A stretch of DNA of 62,000 bases. Origin: Octopus vulgaris. Lineage: Eukaryota. Within the stretch, counting starts at the first letter, position 1. Every line of letters starts with the position of its first letter. The position numbers and the translations under genes were made by a program. The notes under the pieces are model-generated. The model was not told the DNA's origin, ran no database searches, and saw nothing but the letters and a program-made list of their open reading frames with translations. This document shows positions 24,165-37,679 of this stretch, piece after piece. The DNA lies in assembly GCA_951406725.2 (NCBI GenBank), contig OX597822.1, forward strand, positions 43,420,001-43,482,000, in the 5' to 3' direction.

Positions 24165-24372
24165 ATCTGACAGATTCATTATCGCGTCGGACAAAATGCG
24201 TAGTGACATTTCGTCAGGACTTTACCTTTTGAGTTTAAATGCTGCCGAGGTCGACTTTGTCTTTCACCCGCTCGGGGTTTGATAAAATAAGTACCAGTTG
24301 AATACTGAGGTCGATGTAATCGACTTACCCCACCTCTAAAAACCGCTGGCCCTGTGCCAAAATTTGAAACCA
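24165..24372 (+). mobile_element. SINE family A, older copy
   Basis: GCCGAGGTCGACTTTGTCTTTCACCC...AAGTACCAG...GGCCCTGTGCCAAAATTTGAAACC. Confidence 0.75.
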
Positions 24373-24380
24373 GTTTAGAC

Positions 24381-24699
24381 TAGTCATTCTCAATATTTCC
24401 AACCGCAGACCCCTAGTAATCCAATGGAATCACCTACGGCTCCCCAGGTTTTTGAATGGTATCCCTACTCAGTAAACCGATTATATCAATTAACAACAAA
24501 CTCGTTTTCTCAGTTTCATCAATCAATTAGAAAAAAGAAGCTGATTGAATAATTAATTGTATGCAGCTGAGTAATTATATATTTGGCATTGCGTTTTGTT
24601 TTCTTTTTTTCATAAACTTCGAACACAGCTCACTGGCATCTTGTACAAGTTGCGGGGATCCGCAAGGGGTCTACAGGACCCCCCGGTTAGGAACCATTT
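24381..24699. mobile_element. Possible hAT-type MITE, degenerate
   Basis: Ends resemble CAGTGGTTCTCAA... / ...GGTTGAGAACCACTG (TAGTCATTCTCAA; GACCCCCCGGTTAGGAACCATT). Confidence 0.4.
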
Positions 24700-25171
24700 A
24701 TTAGCCAAATGTGTTCCCTGCGTAAAGGCATAGACATTTGTTACAATAAACAACAACAAAATCAACAAGCACTTAAAAAAAAACCTGATAAAATACCGAA
24801 TTATCATTTATGCAGCTTTTACGTTTCTTGCAGCTATCACTACTGTTGTTATTGTTTTTGTTGTTGTTGTTATTGACGTTGTTGTTGTCTTCTTCTTCCA
24901 ATCAGGACTCACGCTATTAGCCACAAAGAATAATCTCTAATTCGAGCCTACTCTAAGCTACTAAGAATGCGTGTGGTAACTTGAAGGTCCATCCACCACA
25001 CGCGATAGACTGACAGTTGCACGGGCGCGAAAGCTACGTTGTTATCCTCATTCCGTAAACGGGGTAACAAAGGATTACAAAGGATTCACAATCTAAACTA
25101 GGGTCTGAAAGTTTGCCACACCATAGTGGGTTACACCATGGTTCCTCTGCTTAGTGTCAGAAGTAGGAAGA

Positions 25172-25355
25172 AAGAGTGAGAGAAAGTTGTGGGAAAAGAG
25201 TACATCGGGGTTCACCCACTACTCCCCGTCGGATCCTCGTGGAGCTTAGATGTTTTTGCTCAATAAACACTCACAATGCCCGGTCTGGTAATCGAAATCG
25301 CGTTCTTACGACCGCGAATCCACTGCCCTAACTCCTGGTCCATTGCGTCTCCACC
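25172..25355 (-). mobile_element. SINE family B, 5' part
   Basis: Reverse complement of the family B head and body. Confidence 0.8.
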
Positions 25356-25704
25356 GTTGTTGTTGGTCGTGGTTTCATAGTTATCGCTGGTGTTGTTTAC
25401 AGACGGAGATTAACCTCCCTGGTTGTTTCTGTAGGATTTGAGATCTGATAATACTGTTGTTTATTAGTGTGACTGAATGACATGTGATCATTGACGTCAT
25501 CATTGCCACTCTTGTTGTTGTCGTTATCGTTGCATTTGTTGTTATTATCTCAATATGTGTGCGGGTAGACATTGTGTATTCGCGTATAAATCTAATGCAA
25601 ATGTATCATTAACTGATTTTAACGATAATTAACCCAGTCATTCGATTAATTGATCGAACTATTTACTGGATTATACACCCAGGTGGATGGGTAAACTTAG
25701 ATAA

Positions 25705-26195
25705 ACTTAGATATGTTTCGACCAAAGATTGGTCCAGGCCATGTCTAACTTAATAGCACCACCTGATAGGATTATTTGAATCCTGTTTAAGTCAAGTTTT
25801 GTTTATGGTCCATTCAAGTAGTGAGTTTTTGTTGGGTAAGTTGTATCCAATTATGGGTGGCTTATCTGGTATTCCTTGAAGGAATCTATCCAGACTCCAT
25901 TTAAAGTTGATGGGATCCTTTTCCTCTTTGATCTCTTTCGGGACAATATTAAATAGGGCAGGGCCTATTGAGGAAAATAAATTATGTTGCAGTGTACATG
26001 TATGCTGTGATCTTGAATTGGGCAGGGGACGTATGGCCCGTGGTCCCAGTCTTGAATGAAACTTGAAGCTAATGTTCAGGTCGTTTGGGCAAAGTTGGCG
26101 GTATATTCTCCACATCGTACAAATGATGTACCGCTCACGGCGACGCTGGAGAGAGTAGAGTTTCAACTTTTCCACGGATTCCAACATTTGCCAAT
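25705..26195 (-). mobile_element. CR1/L2-type LINE 3' end, 5'-truncated
   Basis: ORF 25792..26187: LKLYSLQRRRERYII...GPALFNIVPKEI...FLQGIPDKP. Paralogous to 8346..8909. Confidence 0.85.
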
Positions 26196-26227
26196 TTCCG
26201 CAGATATTCTTTTTTCTTTTATTCTTT

Positions 26228-26424
26228 TATTTGTTTCAGTCATTTTGTCTGCGGTAATGCTGGAGCACCGCCTTTAGTAGAAACGGATCGTCCCCAGGAC
26301 TTATTCTTTGTAAATTTAGTACTTATTCTATCGGGGTCTTTTGCCGAACCGCTAAGTCAAGGGCACGTAAACACACCAACATCGGTTGTCAAGCGATGTT
26401 GAGGGACAAACAGACACACAAACA

Positions 26425-26473
<49 letters not shown>

Positions 26474-26560
26474 TTACGACGGGCTTCTTTCAGTTTCCGT
26501 CTACCAAATTCACTCACAAGGTTTTGGTCGACTCGAGGCTATAGTAGATAACACTGGTAC
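26228..26560 (-). mobile_element. SINE family C, 3' two-thirds with internal (CA)/(TA) microsatellite
   Basis: rc GAAACTGAAAGAAGCCCGTCG, microsatellite, CGCTTGACAACCGATG..., tail AAAGGCGGTGCTCCAGCAT...CTGAAACAA. Confidence 0.85.
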
Positions 26561-26564
26561 TCCG

Positions 26565-26872
26565 CTTACGAGAATGATGGGTTCCAGTTGATCCCATCAA
26601 CGGAACAGCCTGCTCGTGAAATTCACTTGGTAGAGCACTCCACAGACACGTGTACCGTTGATTTTTTTCTCATGGAGATTCAGCGTGACACAGAATGTGA
26701 CAAGGCTGGCCCTTTGAAATATAGGCACTAATAATTTTTTTCCAGCTGAGTGGACTGAAGCAAAATGAAATAAAGTATCTTGCTCAAGGACACAACGCGT
26801 CGCCGGGATTTGAACTCACAACCTTATGATCGTTGGCTGAATATCCTAACCATTAAGCCACGCACCTCTTCA
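26565..26872 (-). mobile_element. SINE family D
   Basis: Reverse complement of 12621-12910. Confidence 0.85.
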
Positions 26873-27337
26873 CACATATATGTTCCCTTCAAGTAAACAT
26901 CCTGCAAACTCAGTGTACGTAGGACAAGGATGGACTTGTGCATTCCATCTGACGGGGTTCCACGCGGTTTATGGCAAAGCAATTTGACCCGCAAGGCTGG
27001 TATCAACCTGAAGCAATTGGAGACGACACTTGCCCAAGATACTAAAGTTCTGGATTAGAAAGTGGACTTGTGAACCCCTTGGTTATATCTGTGTTTTCAT
27101 AAACACGTACTCGGATATACAAAGTGGGAAGAAACGATTGGGCGCAGCTGTTTGGGCGTAGATGTCTGGATGCTGGCGCTTTGGCGCTGCTGACTGTACA
27201 TTCAGCGTGTTTTGGAGACGGTACTTTTTGACGTACGCACATACGTAGACACAAACACCCACACACATCATATATACATACACACACGCACATAACCATA
27301 CATACACCGATAGAACGAGTAAGGCAAAGATAGATAG

Positions 27338-27412
<75 letters not shown>

Positions 27413-27915
27413 ATTTATTCATTGAACACGATTGACATAAACACATTCCCTTTTCTCGTACATGCAATGAGAAATATACTTACAAACGCAAACGGAGTAT
27501 GAGAGGGAGAGAGAGAAAAAGCAAGAAAGAAAGAGAGTGAGAGAGACTGACAGAGAAGGGCGGGAGGGAGGGAACGAGAGAAATCGTTAAACGAAAGAAA
27601 CATTAAAACTTCTATTGTCAAAAATGTCAGCGCCGACTCAGCGAAGCCAAAAGGGCAGCACCAAAACGGCTGAGCTGAAACTTCTCTTATCCCATATAAA
27701 TATACTTACAAACCTACACACTCATACACACACACACACATACACACACACACACATACACACACAAACACACATGCATACATATGCAGCCACACACATT
27801 AGTCATTTTAAAACAAATATCTTCACCCATCGCGAAGGAATGGGGCACGTAATATAATAAAATGCTTCAAATCCTTACATTATAAAAGCTAAAATAACTC
27901 TTACAGGTTTATAGG

Positions 27916-28074
27916 CTAACCAATCATTTGAATATTGGTCATAGAACATGGAATGCCAACCAATCATTTGAATATTGGTCATAGAACATGGAATGCTAAA
28001 CAATTATTTGAATATTGGTCATAGAACATGGAATGCTAAACAATTATTTGAATATTGGTCATAGAACATGGAAT
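27916..28074. repeat. 40-bp minisatellite, 4 copies
   Basis: CAAT(C/T)ATTTGAATATTGGTCATAGAACATGGAATGC(C/T)AA(C/A) starts at 27921, 27961, 28001 and 28041; no spacers. Confidence 0.95.
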
Positions 28075-29701
28075 ATCGCTTAAACTATTGTTACCATAAA
28101 CGAGAAGGAAATAAACATTATGACGCTGATTCGTCAAGAATTCTGCAACACCACAACTTTAACAATCTCTTTTGATGTCAGTATGGGTATTCACAACTTC
28201 TTGGAGATCAGTGAGTTATTTGGATCATAACTACTGTCAATTAGAAAAGAAGTTCCCTGTATAGTGGAAGGTACAATTTATTGAATGCCAGCCTTCTTAT
28301 TATAAACAACCTTAAACCTCGATAAATGGACAGAAAGAAATAAAAAATGCACGTTTTAAAAATTTAGTTTCAAAATAATTGCAGTTAATTTCTTAAAGAA
28401 ACATTAAACTTAAACAGTTCTTGATATTTTACACTAAATGCGCAAAAACAAATGAAACATGCAATTATATTCACTGATTATCCCCTCTCCAATTCTTATC
28501 ACGAAAATAGTAAAAATACAATGCTTAGAATTATTGGATTACTTGGGGTCAGTGGTTGAAAATCTTGAGAATGACTGGATTAAATTGACCACAAGTTATA
28601 ACTGGTAAGTTGTTTGATAGATCATGTTAAATGTTGAACGGTACTGGGGACTACAGTGAGACTTGGACAACAAGAACAGCAACAGCAACAACAATGTCAA
28701 CCTCATCGTCAACCGCTGGACATAACTGTGTCGTGTCCATGAACTCATAGACCCGGTTACCTGTCTTCCATGACCTATAAGTGACCGAGATCATAATGCA
28801 CCGCCTGGACCGGACGTGAGTGGGTCACAAGGTAACTCATTTAGAGCAGCGGGATATGAAGTGTTTTGCACAATAACTACAGAAGCAGCACACTGCTTGT
28901 AAACACTCTCTATAAGCAGTGTATTTATCTCCGGCCATGATAAAAATCTTTAAAAATGTCGTTACTTATTACAGCAAAGCTGTGGCGGATGATGGATTCA
29001 AGGCAATCATAAAATACACAAACGAAATAGCTAAACTCACATCCAACAATAAAGCAGTCTATTACTTGATATAACTATCTCTGTTGAAGTGCCAATAACC
29101 AATTAATACTTTATATTAATGAAACAACATCTCCACCCACTCCATAAATACCATAAAATATTCAATACAGAGACTTATTCCCCTATTCTTCTCTACTCTG
29201 TTCAAACTCAATAATTTATCAAAGCTGGCAAGGGCAACATCAACTGTGTGTTTAGTCACTGGAGTCTAACAGTCTTGGTAAGGATATTAAATTACCAATG
29301 CGCAAGAAAATCTCCCAATGCGTCTAAACAAATATAGGGCTTACATAAAATTCATTCAAACGGGGTTATAGCAACACAAGAATATATTTCGAAACAAAAA
29401 AAGATGGTACCTCACTTTATTCATCCGTTTTGAATCAGAAAAGCAATAATGAAGAATGCTTTTAAATGATATATAATCTTGCGCGTTTCGCCATATTGGC
29501 GAAATGATAACAACAGCATGGCCGTAGCCTCATGGCTGAAACATATAATAGAATAACAGAACAAAAGAATAAAAAACAAGCGTAATTTATGTTTTTTAGA
29601 AACCTGCGAGGCTTTATAAATAGACTCTGAGAGAGAAGCTTTTTCATGCAGGCATATAATTTTCAAAGATTTTCTGATATATTAAGCTTATAGTATATTC
29701 A

Positions 29702-29920
29702 TAAGGCGGTGAGCTGGTAGAATCGTTAGCACGCCGGACGAAATGCATAGCGGTATTTCGTCTGTCGCTACGTTGTGAGTTCAAATTCCGCCGAGATCGA
29801 TTTTCCTTTCATCCTTTCGGAGTCGATAAAATAAGTACCAGTTAGACATTGGGGTAGATGTAGTCGACTTAATCCCCCCCCCTCTAAATTTCAGGCCTTG
29901 TGCGTACAATAGAAGAGATT
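29702..29920 (+). mobile_element. SINE family A
   Basis: AAGGCGGTGAGCTGGTAGAATCGTTAGCACG...GAGTTCAAATTCCGCCGAG...GGCCTTGTGC. Confidence 0.9.
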
Positions 29921-30789
29921 TATAGTCTATTCAAATACGTTTCATAACCTAACATTTTGCCTTTCTTTTGCATTTTGGGAAATAACTGCGTTACAAGAAA
30001 GAAAGTATTTCGTTCACATCGACCTAAACAAAGTCCATTTGCATTAAACTTTCCAAGGAAATATTTTTCTAATATCTTATTTAACAGATTTTTCATACAT
30101 TCATACATGCATCCTTTCCCATGAAAAAACATTTTTATATCACGTCCTACATGTCACACATAAAGAAATATGAGATTTAGTTTAAATGTGTATGTGTGTG
30201 TGTGTGTGTATGTGTGAGAGAGAGAGAAACAACTACCGACTCCCGACATTTTAAGGTCTTGCAAACTTTTTGTTCCATACATTCTGATAATCCGTAGTGC
30301 ATAATAATGAGGACAAGTTTTTGTCTAAAAATGTCAGCCATATTTCGATCCAGAAGTGTTCGTACATTTCCCGTTGCTCTTGTATAAAAAATGAAAGTGT
30401 ATTTTTATAAACTCAGTCACTGATCTCCAAGTGAATGTATAAATGAATGAACGTATGTATGCATTCATGCATGTACCAGTGCATGTATAAGTACGTATAT
30501 ATACGTGGCACTCCGTCGGTTATGACGACGAGCGTTCCAATTGATCTGACCCACGGAACAGCCTGCTCGTGAAATTAGCGCACAAGTGGCTGAGCACTCC
30601 ACATATATTTATATGTATTTTTTTGTAGTTTCAGCTGGGGCTATGCTGGAGTACCACCGTCTGGGACTCTCGACAGGAAGAGGTTTAAAAACGCCTACAT
30701 TCATGTTTGTTCTTTTTCTCTTTTAAATTTAGCGGTGATTCCGGTTACCAAAATTTTAGCCCAAGGTACCACGGAAGAAGACAGTTCCT

Positions 30790-30945
30790 TCACATCGATC
30801 CCAGTGCTCAACTGGTATTTATTTAATCGACGCCGAAGGGATGAGAGGCAAAGTTGACCTCGATGGAATTCGAACTCAAAAGAAGGCGGTCGAAATACCG
30901 GTTAGCATTTTACCCGGTGTGCTAACGCTTCTGCCAGTTGGCCGC
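30790..30945 (-). mobile_element. SINE family A, older copy
   Basis: rc of family A head and central domain. Confidence 0.75.
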
Positions 30946-31362
30946 CTTACATCTAGCAACCACATTGACCGGCCAACTGCTTGGTAGCGAGTCTGTGATG
31001 AAAGCAATTTACTTTGTTCATTTTAAGTAGTTCTTGTAGATATTTGTGTCAGAGATATCGTAATCGATGGTCGCATATGAATTAAGGATTTACATTCTCT
31101 CCCCATATTTGTATGAATGGCTAATTGGTCGTATGTAAGCGTGCATGCATATACAGATTCATAACTGCATGGCTGGGTTTATATACATGTTAAGTGTGTG
31201 TGTTTGTATGTGTGGTAGTGTTACTAACGTTCCTACACATATTATTTAATGTCCTTATTAATTATATATATTTGAGGGTATACAAATATAAACATATGTA
31301 TATAATTATATATATAGTGCATCATACACATGGGTATACATATATATATATATATATATATA

Positions 31363-31852
31363 CTAGCAGTATCGCCCGGCGTTGCTCGGGTTTGTAAGGG
31401 AAATAACTATATAAGCATTTTTAGAGAGTTATAGCAAAAAAATAGCAAAAAAATGCATTAAAAATGGAATAAAAATGATAATTTTTTTTTAAATCGTTGA
31501 CTCATCGTAGACATTTTTAGAGAGTTACTTCCCTTATATAATAGCGAAAAAATGCATTAAAATGGAAAAAATGATGGTAATTTTTTTTTAAATCGTTGAC
31601 TCATCGTAGACATTTTTAGAGAGTTACTTCCCTTATATAATAGCGAAAAAATGCATTAAAATGGAAAAAATGATGGTAATTTTTTTAAAATCGTAGACTC
31701 ATCGTAGACGCGCGCTAATACCCAGAAGGGCTCGATATGAATCACGACTATAAGATACCCGGTTTTGGTTAAACTGCACCGCAAAATGTGGGAGTAGTTA
31801 GGAATCTAAATCATAGGAGTCAGACACACAACTTCACTTTTATATATAAAGA
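31363..31852 (-). mobile_element. Non-autonomous Helitron-like element with internal ~97-bp triplication
   Basis: Same termini as 3969-4360; unit CATTTTTAGAGAGTTA...CTCATCGTAGA starts at ~31416, 31512 and 31611. Confidence 0.8.
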
Positions 31853-32369
31853 AGATTTGTGCAACAACTAAAACATTCGGTTGTGCAAATTGTTTGCACA
31901 GGTAACCTGCCCTGTGTGGCGGTTTTTGCCGTTTTTGTGGATCTGTTTCAGCTTTTTTAGCGATTTCTGTTTTGGCGACTTCAAGCCATGAAGTCGTCGT
32001 TCTAAAAGAACGCTGGTCTCCTTGACAACGCTTTACGACGTTGATTTCCCTACCCTGCCTTCCCACAGCTTCACGAGGGAGGGAAGAAGGGGGAGAAGCA
32101 ACACAGGTGCAGGTATGAGCATGGACGCCAACTCCGCCGCCTTCCCTTTATTAAAAAAATATGCGTTAAAATGGAAAAAAATTATAGTAAATTATTTTTA
32201 AAATCGTAGACTCATCGTAGACGCGCGCTAATACCCAGACGGGCTTGATATGAATCACGACTATAAGATACCCGAATTTGGTGAAACTGCATCGCAAAAT
32301 GTGGGAGTAGTTAGGAATCTAAATCGTAGGAGACAGACACTCACACAACTTCACTTTTATATATATAGA
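31853..32369 (-). mobile_element. Second Helitron-like unit head-to-tail with the first, with extra internal sequence and no own CTAG end
   Basis: 32150-32369 repeats 31640-31852, including the 5' TCTATATATATAAAAGTG; 31853-32140 is different sequence. Confidence 0.65.
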
Positions 32370-32373
32370 TATA

Positions 32374-32704
32374 CAGTAGAACCTCGCAATACGAGAGCCC
32401 CATTGTACGAGTGATTTACTGTTCGAGCCGAGACTTATGCAAAAATTTGGCCTGTAGTACGAGCGGAAATCCGCAGTACGAGTACACAAATCATCCAGTC
32501 TTTAAGGTAATTCAGTTAATAAAACCAGTTTACATATTTCTCTTGCATTCTCTTTTTTATAATTGTCATTTTATTTGTAACTACACATTTTCTGATTTAA
32601 AACCCATCAAAAATTATTTTTGAATGTTTTTGGGGTGGGGCTGGAACGGATTAAGACAAGCTCGGTCATGGAACGAATTAAACTCGTACTACCAGATATC
32701 ACTG
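32374..32704. mobile_element. Tigger/pogo-like MITE
   Basis: TA-CAGTAGAACCTCGCAATACGAG ... CTCGTACTACCAGATATCACTG-TA: imperfect TIRs with a TA duplication. Confidence 0.65.
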
Positions 32705-33251
32705 TATATGATTATATATGATTATAATTTTCTTTCGAAGAACAGCGTAGAAGTGCAAAGGTCGAACCCGACCCTATTACTTTCTGTGTATTATATATTG
32801 ACTTTTTAAAAGAAAACATTATTTTTCCTATATTTCATTATTTTGATCTATATTTTATTATTATTATGTTTACATACCTATATGTCCATGTATATTTTTA
32901 GTAATCCATACATTTTTATATTTCTAATATATCAATATATGATTCAGATTAAACAATTCTTATTTTATCTTAATTCATCCCGTATATGCATGTGTTAATC
33001 GTAGTCTGCCTGATTTAGACCTTTTCTATTGTATCTGTTATACTTGTATATATATATATACACATCTATCTATCTATATATATATATATATATATACACA
33101 CACATCTATATATATATGTGCGTGTGTTCTTTGTTTTTATGTTCAGTTATAATCAAAATTGTTTTACATTAATCTGATGGGGTACTTTATACTTTTGTAG
33201 AGCACAACTTTATTGTTCCTAAGCAAGAATTACTCTTGTTTAAGAATTATA

Positions 33252-33290
<39 letters not shown>

Positions 33291-33339
33291 CATATACATG
33301 TATATGTCTATACATATCTGTTTATATATATATGTATAG

Positions 33340-33410
<71 letters not shown>

Positions 33411-34399
33411 CATACATGTGTAAGCATATACAAAATCATACACACCCATATACGAATATAGGAGAACTACACAAAGCTTTCTTCCTTCCTAACTTAGGAG
33501 ATATATACTTAAGCTGCTCCTATCGTCCTTATTTATATGGCGGCCGTATTTATATAATAAAAGACATTTGGGTTTCTTCTGGGTGCCTTATTATTTTTAA
33601 TGGATTGAAGGAGACCACGCGATGCCACTGCATCGTATTATATACGTTCACCCTGTCTGTTAAAAGCCACTTTATCATGAAAGAGAAAGAGAAATAAATA
33701 GATTATAACAAAATTATTCTTATATATGTACAATTCTGGATGTCTATTATATTTAATGGTTTCTCCGAAACCACCAGACGCAAATGTATTATTATTTACA
33801 TTCGCCATTCTATTAAAAGCTACTTTATCATAGCAGTGAGAAAGAAAGGGTAAGACAGTGAGTGAGAGATAGCGAGATAGAGGGAGAATGAGAACAAAAG
33901 ATTATTGTAAAATTATGCTAATATATGTATATCGTATGTCAGTTGGTTGCAGTGATGCGTCAAGTTTGTCAGCAACATTGGTATATGTTAGTCATTATTA
34001 CCGCCTTCAGCTTCTATCACTGGCTACCAGAAATACGAAATGGAAAGCTGGGCGCTTATGTCCCATTTGCTTGTACATGTGATATTCATAAAGATGAAAC
34101 CCTGGACGAGAGCTAATGAGCCTTTACTGGTGGTTTAATCACAGGCAGGGCTTGTCCTAGGGTTGCTGGAGCCCCGAGCAAGCTGGACGTCGGCGCGTAT
34201 AAGATGACGTTTGTGGAAATTAAATTCTCTTGTCTTTGTCACGCCCTCCTTGGTGCTCCCTAGCACATGGCACCCCAGGTGACTGCCCAAGCTGCCGGTC
34301 CTGATTACTGACATATGTCATACCGTTTAAGATGTGAATTGAAGCTTTTGTTGGCCTTCAACAAATGTCCAGTTACAAGTAAACTTGTCCCATTGTTTT

Positions 34400-34885
34400 G
34401 TGAGTGCCGGAGATAACATGGGGTTAAAGGGGAAACAACTCTTAAAGAAATAAAGGAAAAGAACTTTGAAGACAGTATCATATAGCTATTGGGCAACTTC
34501 TGCACCAGAAGTAGTACTGGAAGTACTGCCTGTGATTTCCAATGGACTATACTGACGAGTCTGAGAAGCATATAGGACTAGGACCACCTTCTACTTGAGC
34601 TGAACGCTTATTATGTATTGGTTGAATTTCAGCAACAGTTATAGAAACTTTCTAGCTGTCTTTCCCGCTACGCTTAATTCCAGTATCGAAACGAAATTTC
34701 AGGTCGACGATATGAACGGGCAGTTACCATCACCAGAAGACTCCTTCTTACTTGTTTGGAGATTTGAAAGCCAGAGTCAGTGAAGAGCATGATGTCTGGG
34801 CTATATGCATCGGGAACCGCAGTGTGGATAAATGAACACGATCAGCTAAAGATTATTGGAACCGTGTTGCACCAGAGGCTTACAC
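34400..34885 (+). mobile_element. Possible decayed I/LOA/R1-type LINE relic (post-RT and RNase H-like region)
   Basis: KRTLKTVSYSYWATSAPEVVLEVLPV and SMMSGLYASGTAVW...IGTVLHQ resemble the AxRTTxTxALEV and DGS..G.GA.V...TVFQAE motifs; many stops. Confidence 0.3.
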
Positions 34886-34906
34886 TACAATGTATATATA
34901 TATATA

Positions 34907-34939
<33 letters not shown>

Positions 34940-34954
34940 GTACATATATATATA

Positions 34955-35170
34955 TATCACGTGATCACGTGACCGACCAGACCATCAGATGTTGCAACAG
35001 TGAAAGAGTGTTGAAAGAGTGGTGAAAGAGTACAGCAGGGATCACCCCCCCCCATGCCGGAGTCTCGTGGAGCTTTTTTAAACATTCACAACGCCCGGTC
35101 TGGGAATCGAAACCGTGATTCTACGACCGCGAGTCCGCTGCCCTAACCACTGGGCCATTGCACCTCCACT
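34955..35170 (-). mobile_element. SINE family B with internal deletion; tail type as at 40540-40670
   Basis: rc head GGAGGTGCAATGGCCCAGTGGTTAGGGC; tail GTGATCACGTGACCGACCAGACCATCAGATGTTGC on the plus strand. Confidence 0.8.
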
Positions 35171-35176
35171 TATATA

Positions 35177-35212
<36 letters not shown>

Positions 35213-35519
35213 TGTATGTATGTATAATGAACTCGTATCTTGCTGAACAATTACACAGATGATTTGTTTATTGTTTATAATGATCAAATATTTGTGTTCA
35301 GATAACCGCACTTCCTCCATTAGAGATGCATGACGAGCCACATGTCAGAATACGAAGTGATCGCAGCGCCACGTGGAATGAAGTGGTTTTCTGAAGAACT
35401 CAATGCAATGCCCGGTCTGGGAATCGAACCCATGATCTTGAAATCGAGAGTGCTACCACCCTTAACCGCTAAGCCATGGGCCTTTACACTCGCACAAACA
35501 CATGTCACTGAGAGAGAAA

Positions 35520-35566
<47 letters not shown>

Positions 35567-36091
35567 GGAGAGAGAGAGAAAATACAACTGGAGGCTCGGT
35601 TCATAAATTAAAAACATGAACAGATTGCATTATGAAATCTTCAGAAATTGTGTAACGAACAAAAATTAAACTTTACAATTTATTAAGGACATCGCCGAAA
35701 AATATTAAGATACCTACAATATTAAGATATAGTGAGTAGTTGCGTTTGTTGAGACCATAACCTATCTGGATGTCCATTGTTAATTGTAAAGGTTATTTAC
35801 AATAGTTACGCAATCTCTGACTATTCAAAAATGTAATCTGTTTATAATACCTTCCTTTATATAACGTATATTATTGCGCGTAAAACATGTGTAAGATGGC
35901 GTAATCAAATAACTTGTGAGCCGATCTGCAGCTTTGGTTGATATTAAATTTAATCAATAAACGATTCTCCATAAAACCTTCCAACTTCAACCTACATTAC
36001 GACCTCATTATCATTCAACAGAACTCAGCATACCGTAGAAAATTTTAACTTAACAAAGATTATATAAAGCCAAGAGATACTCAAATGTTCT

Positions 36092-36136
36092 ACAGTTCGA
36101 TGATCGCTTAGATGGCCGAAACTTCGAAGTCACCGT
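36092..36136 (+). ncRNA. Hammerhead-ribozyme-like motif (Penelope type), core mutated
   Basis: ACAGT-TCGATGA-TCGC/TTAGAT/GGCC-GAAA-CTT/CG/AAG-TC-ACCGT. Stem I pairs 4 of 5; stem III is palindromic; GUC cleavage triplet. Confidence 0.5.
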
Positions 36137-36190
36137 CAGGACTACTCTTTGTTAAAGAATAATAAATATACAATATGTAATATATATATA

Positions 36191-36573
36191 TCTCTCTCTA
36201 TATAAACGGCAGTTTGTCTGTGCATTTTCTGTGTGTCTGTTTTCTCGTACCCTCACTCTGACCACGGCTTTCAACCGATTCTGATGAAACTTGACACACA
36301 CATAGCCCAATCTCATAATTCAAAACTAACGCAGCGAAAATTTTGAAAAGTTCCCCCAGTTCTGAAAAAAATCGATAAATTCGACATGGGGTCCAGAATC
36401 AGAAACCCAAACCACAGACCGTCTAGGGGACGCAAGCTCCACCTTTTTTAACTCTCAAAAAAAATTTACCATCATTTTTTTCCATTTTTTTGCTATTTTT
36501 TGGCTATAACTCTCTAAAAATGCTTTATAGTTATTTCCCTTACAAACCTGAGCAACGCCGGGCGATACTGCTA

Positions 36574-36574
<1 letters not shown>
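36191..36574 (+). mobile_element. Non-autonomous Helitron-like element, different 5' half
   Basis: 5' TCTCTCTCTATATAAACGGC; 3' GAGCAACGCCGGGCGATACTGCTAG then T. Only the 3' ~120 bp match the copies at 3969 and 31363. Confidence 0.75.
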
Positions 36575-36617
<43 letters not shown>

Positions 36618-36644
36618 ATATACATATATATATGCATGTATGTA

Positions 36645-36722
<78 letters not shown>

Positions 36723-36759
36723 CAGATTATCTCTCTCTCTTTCTATCTATCTATCTATC

Positions 36760-37679
<920 letters not shown>

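Noticed and set aside
27916-28074. CRISPR-like appearance of the 40-bp repeat
   Set aside because: Units are contiguous with no spacers; eukaryotic context; no cas genes
34145-34305. GC-rich island with MITE-like ends (CAGGGCTTGTCC...GCCGGTCCTG)
   Set aside because: Inverted match is too weak and no target duplication is visible
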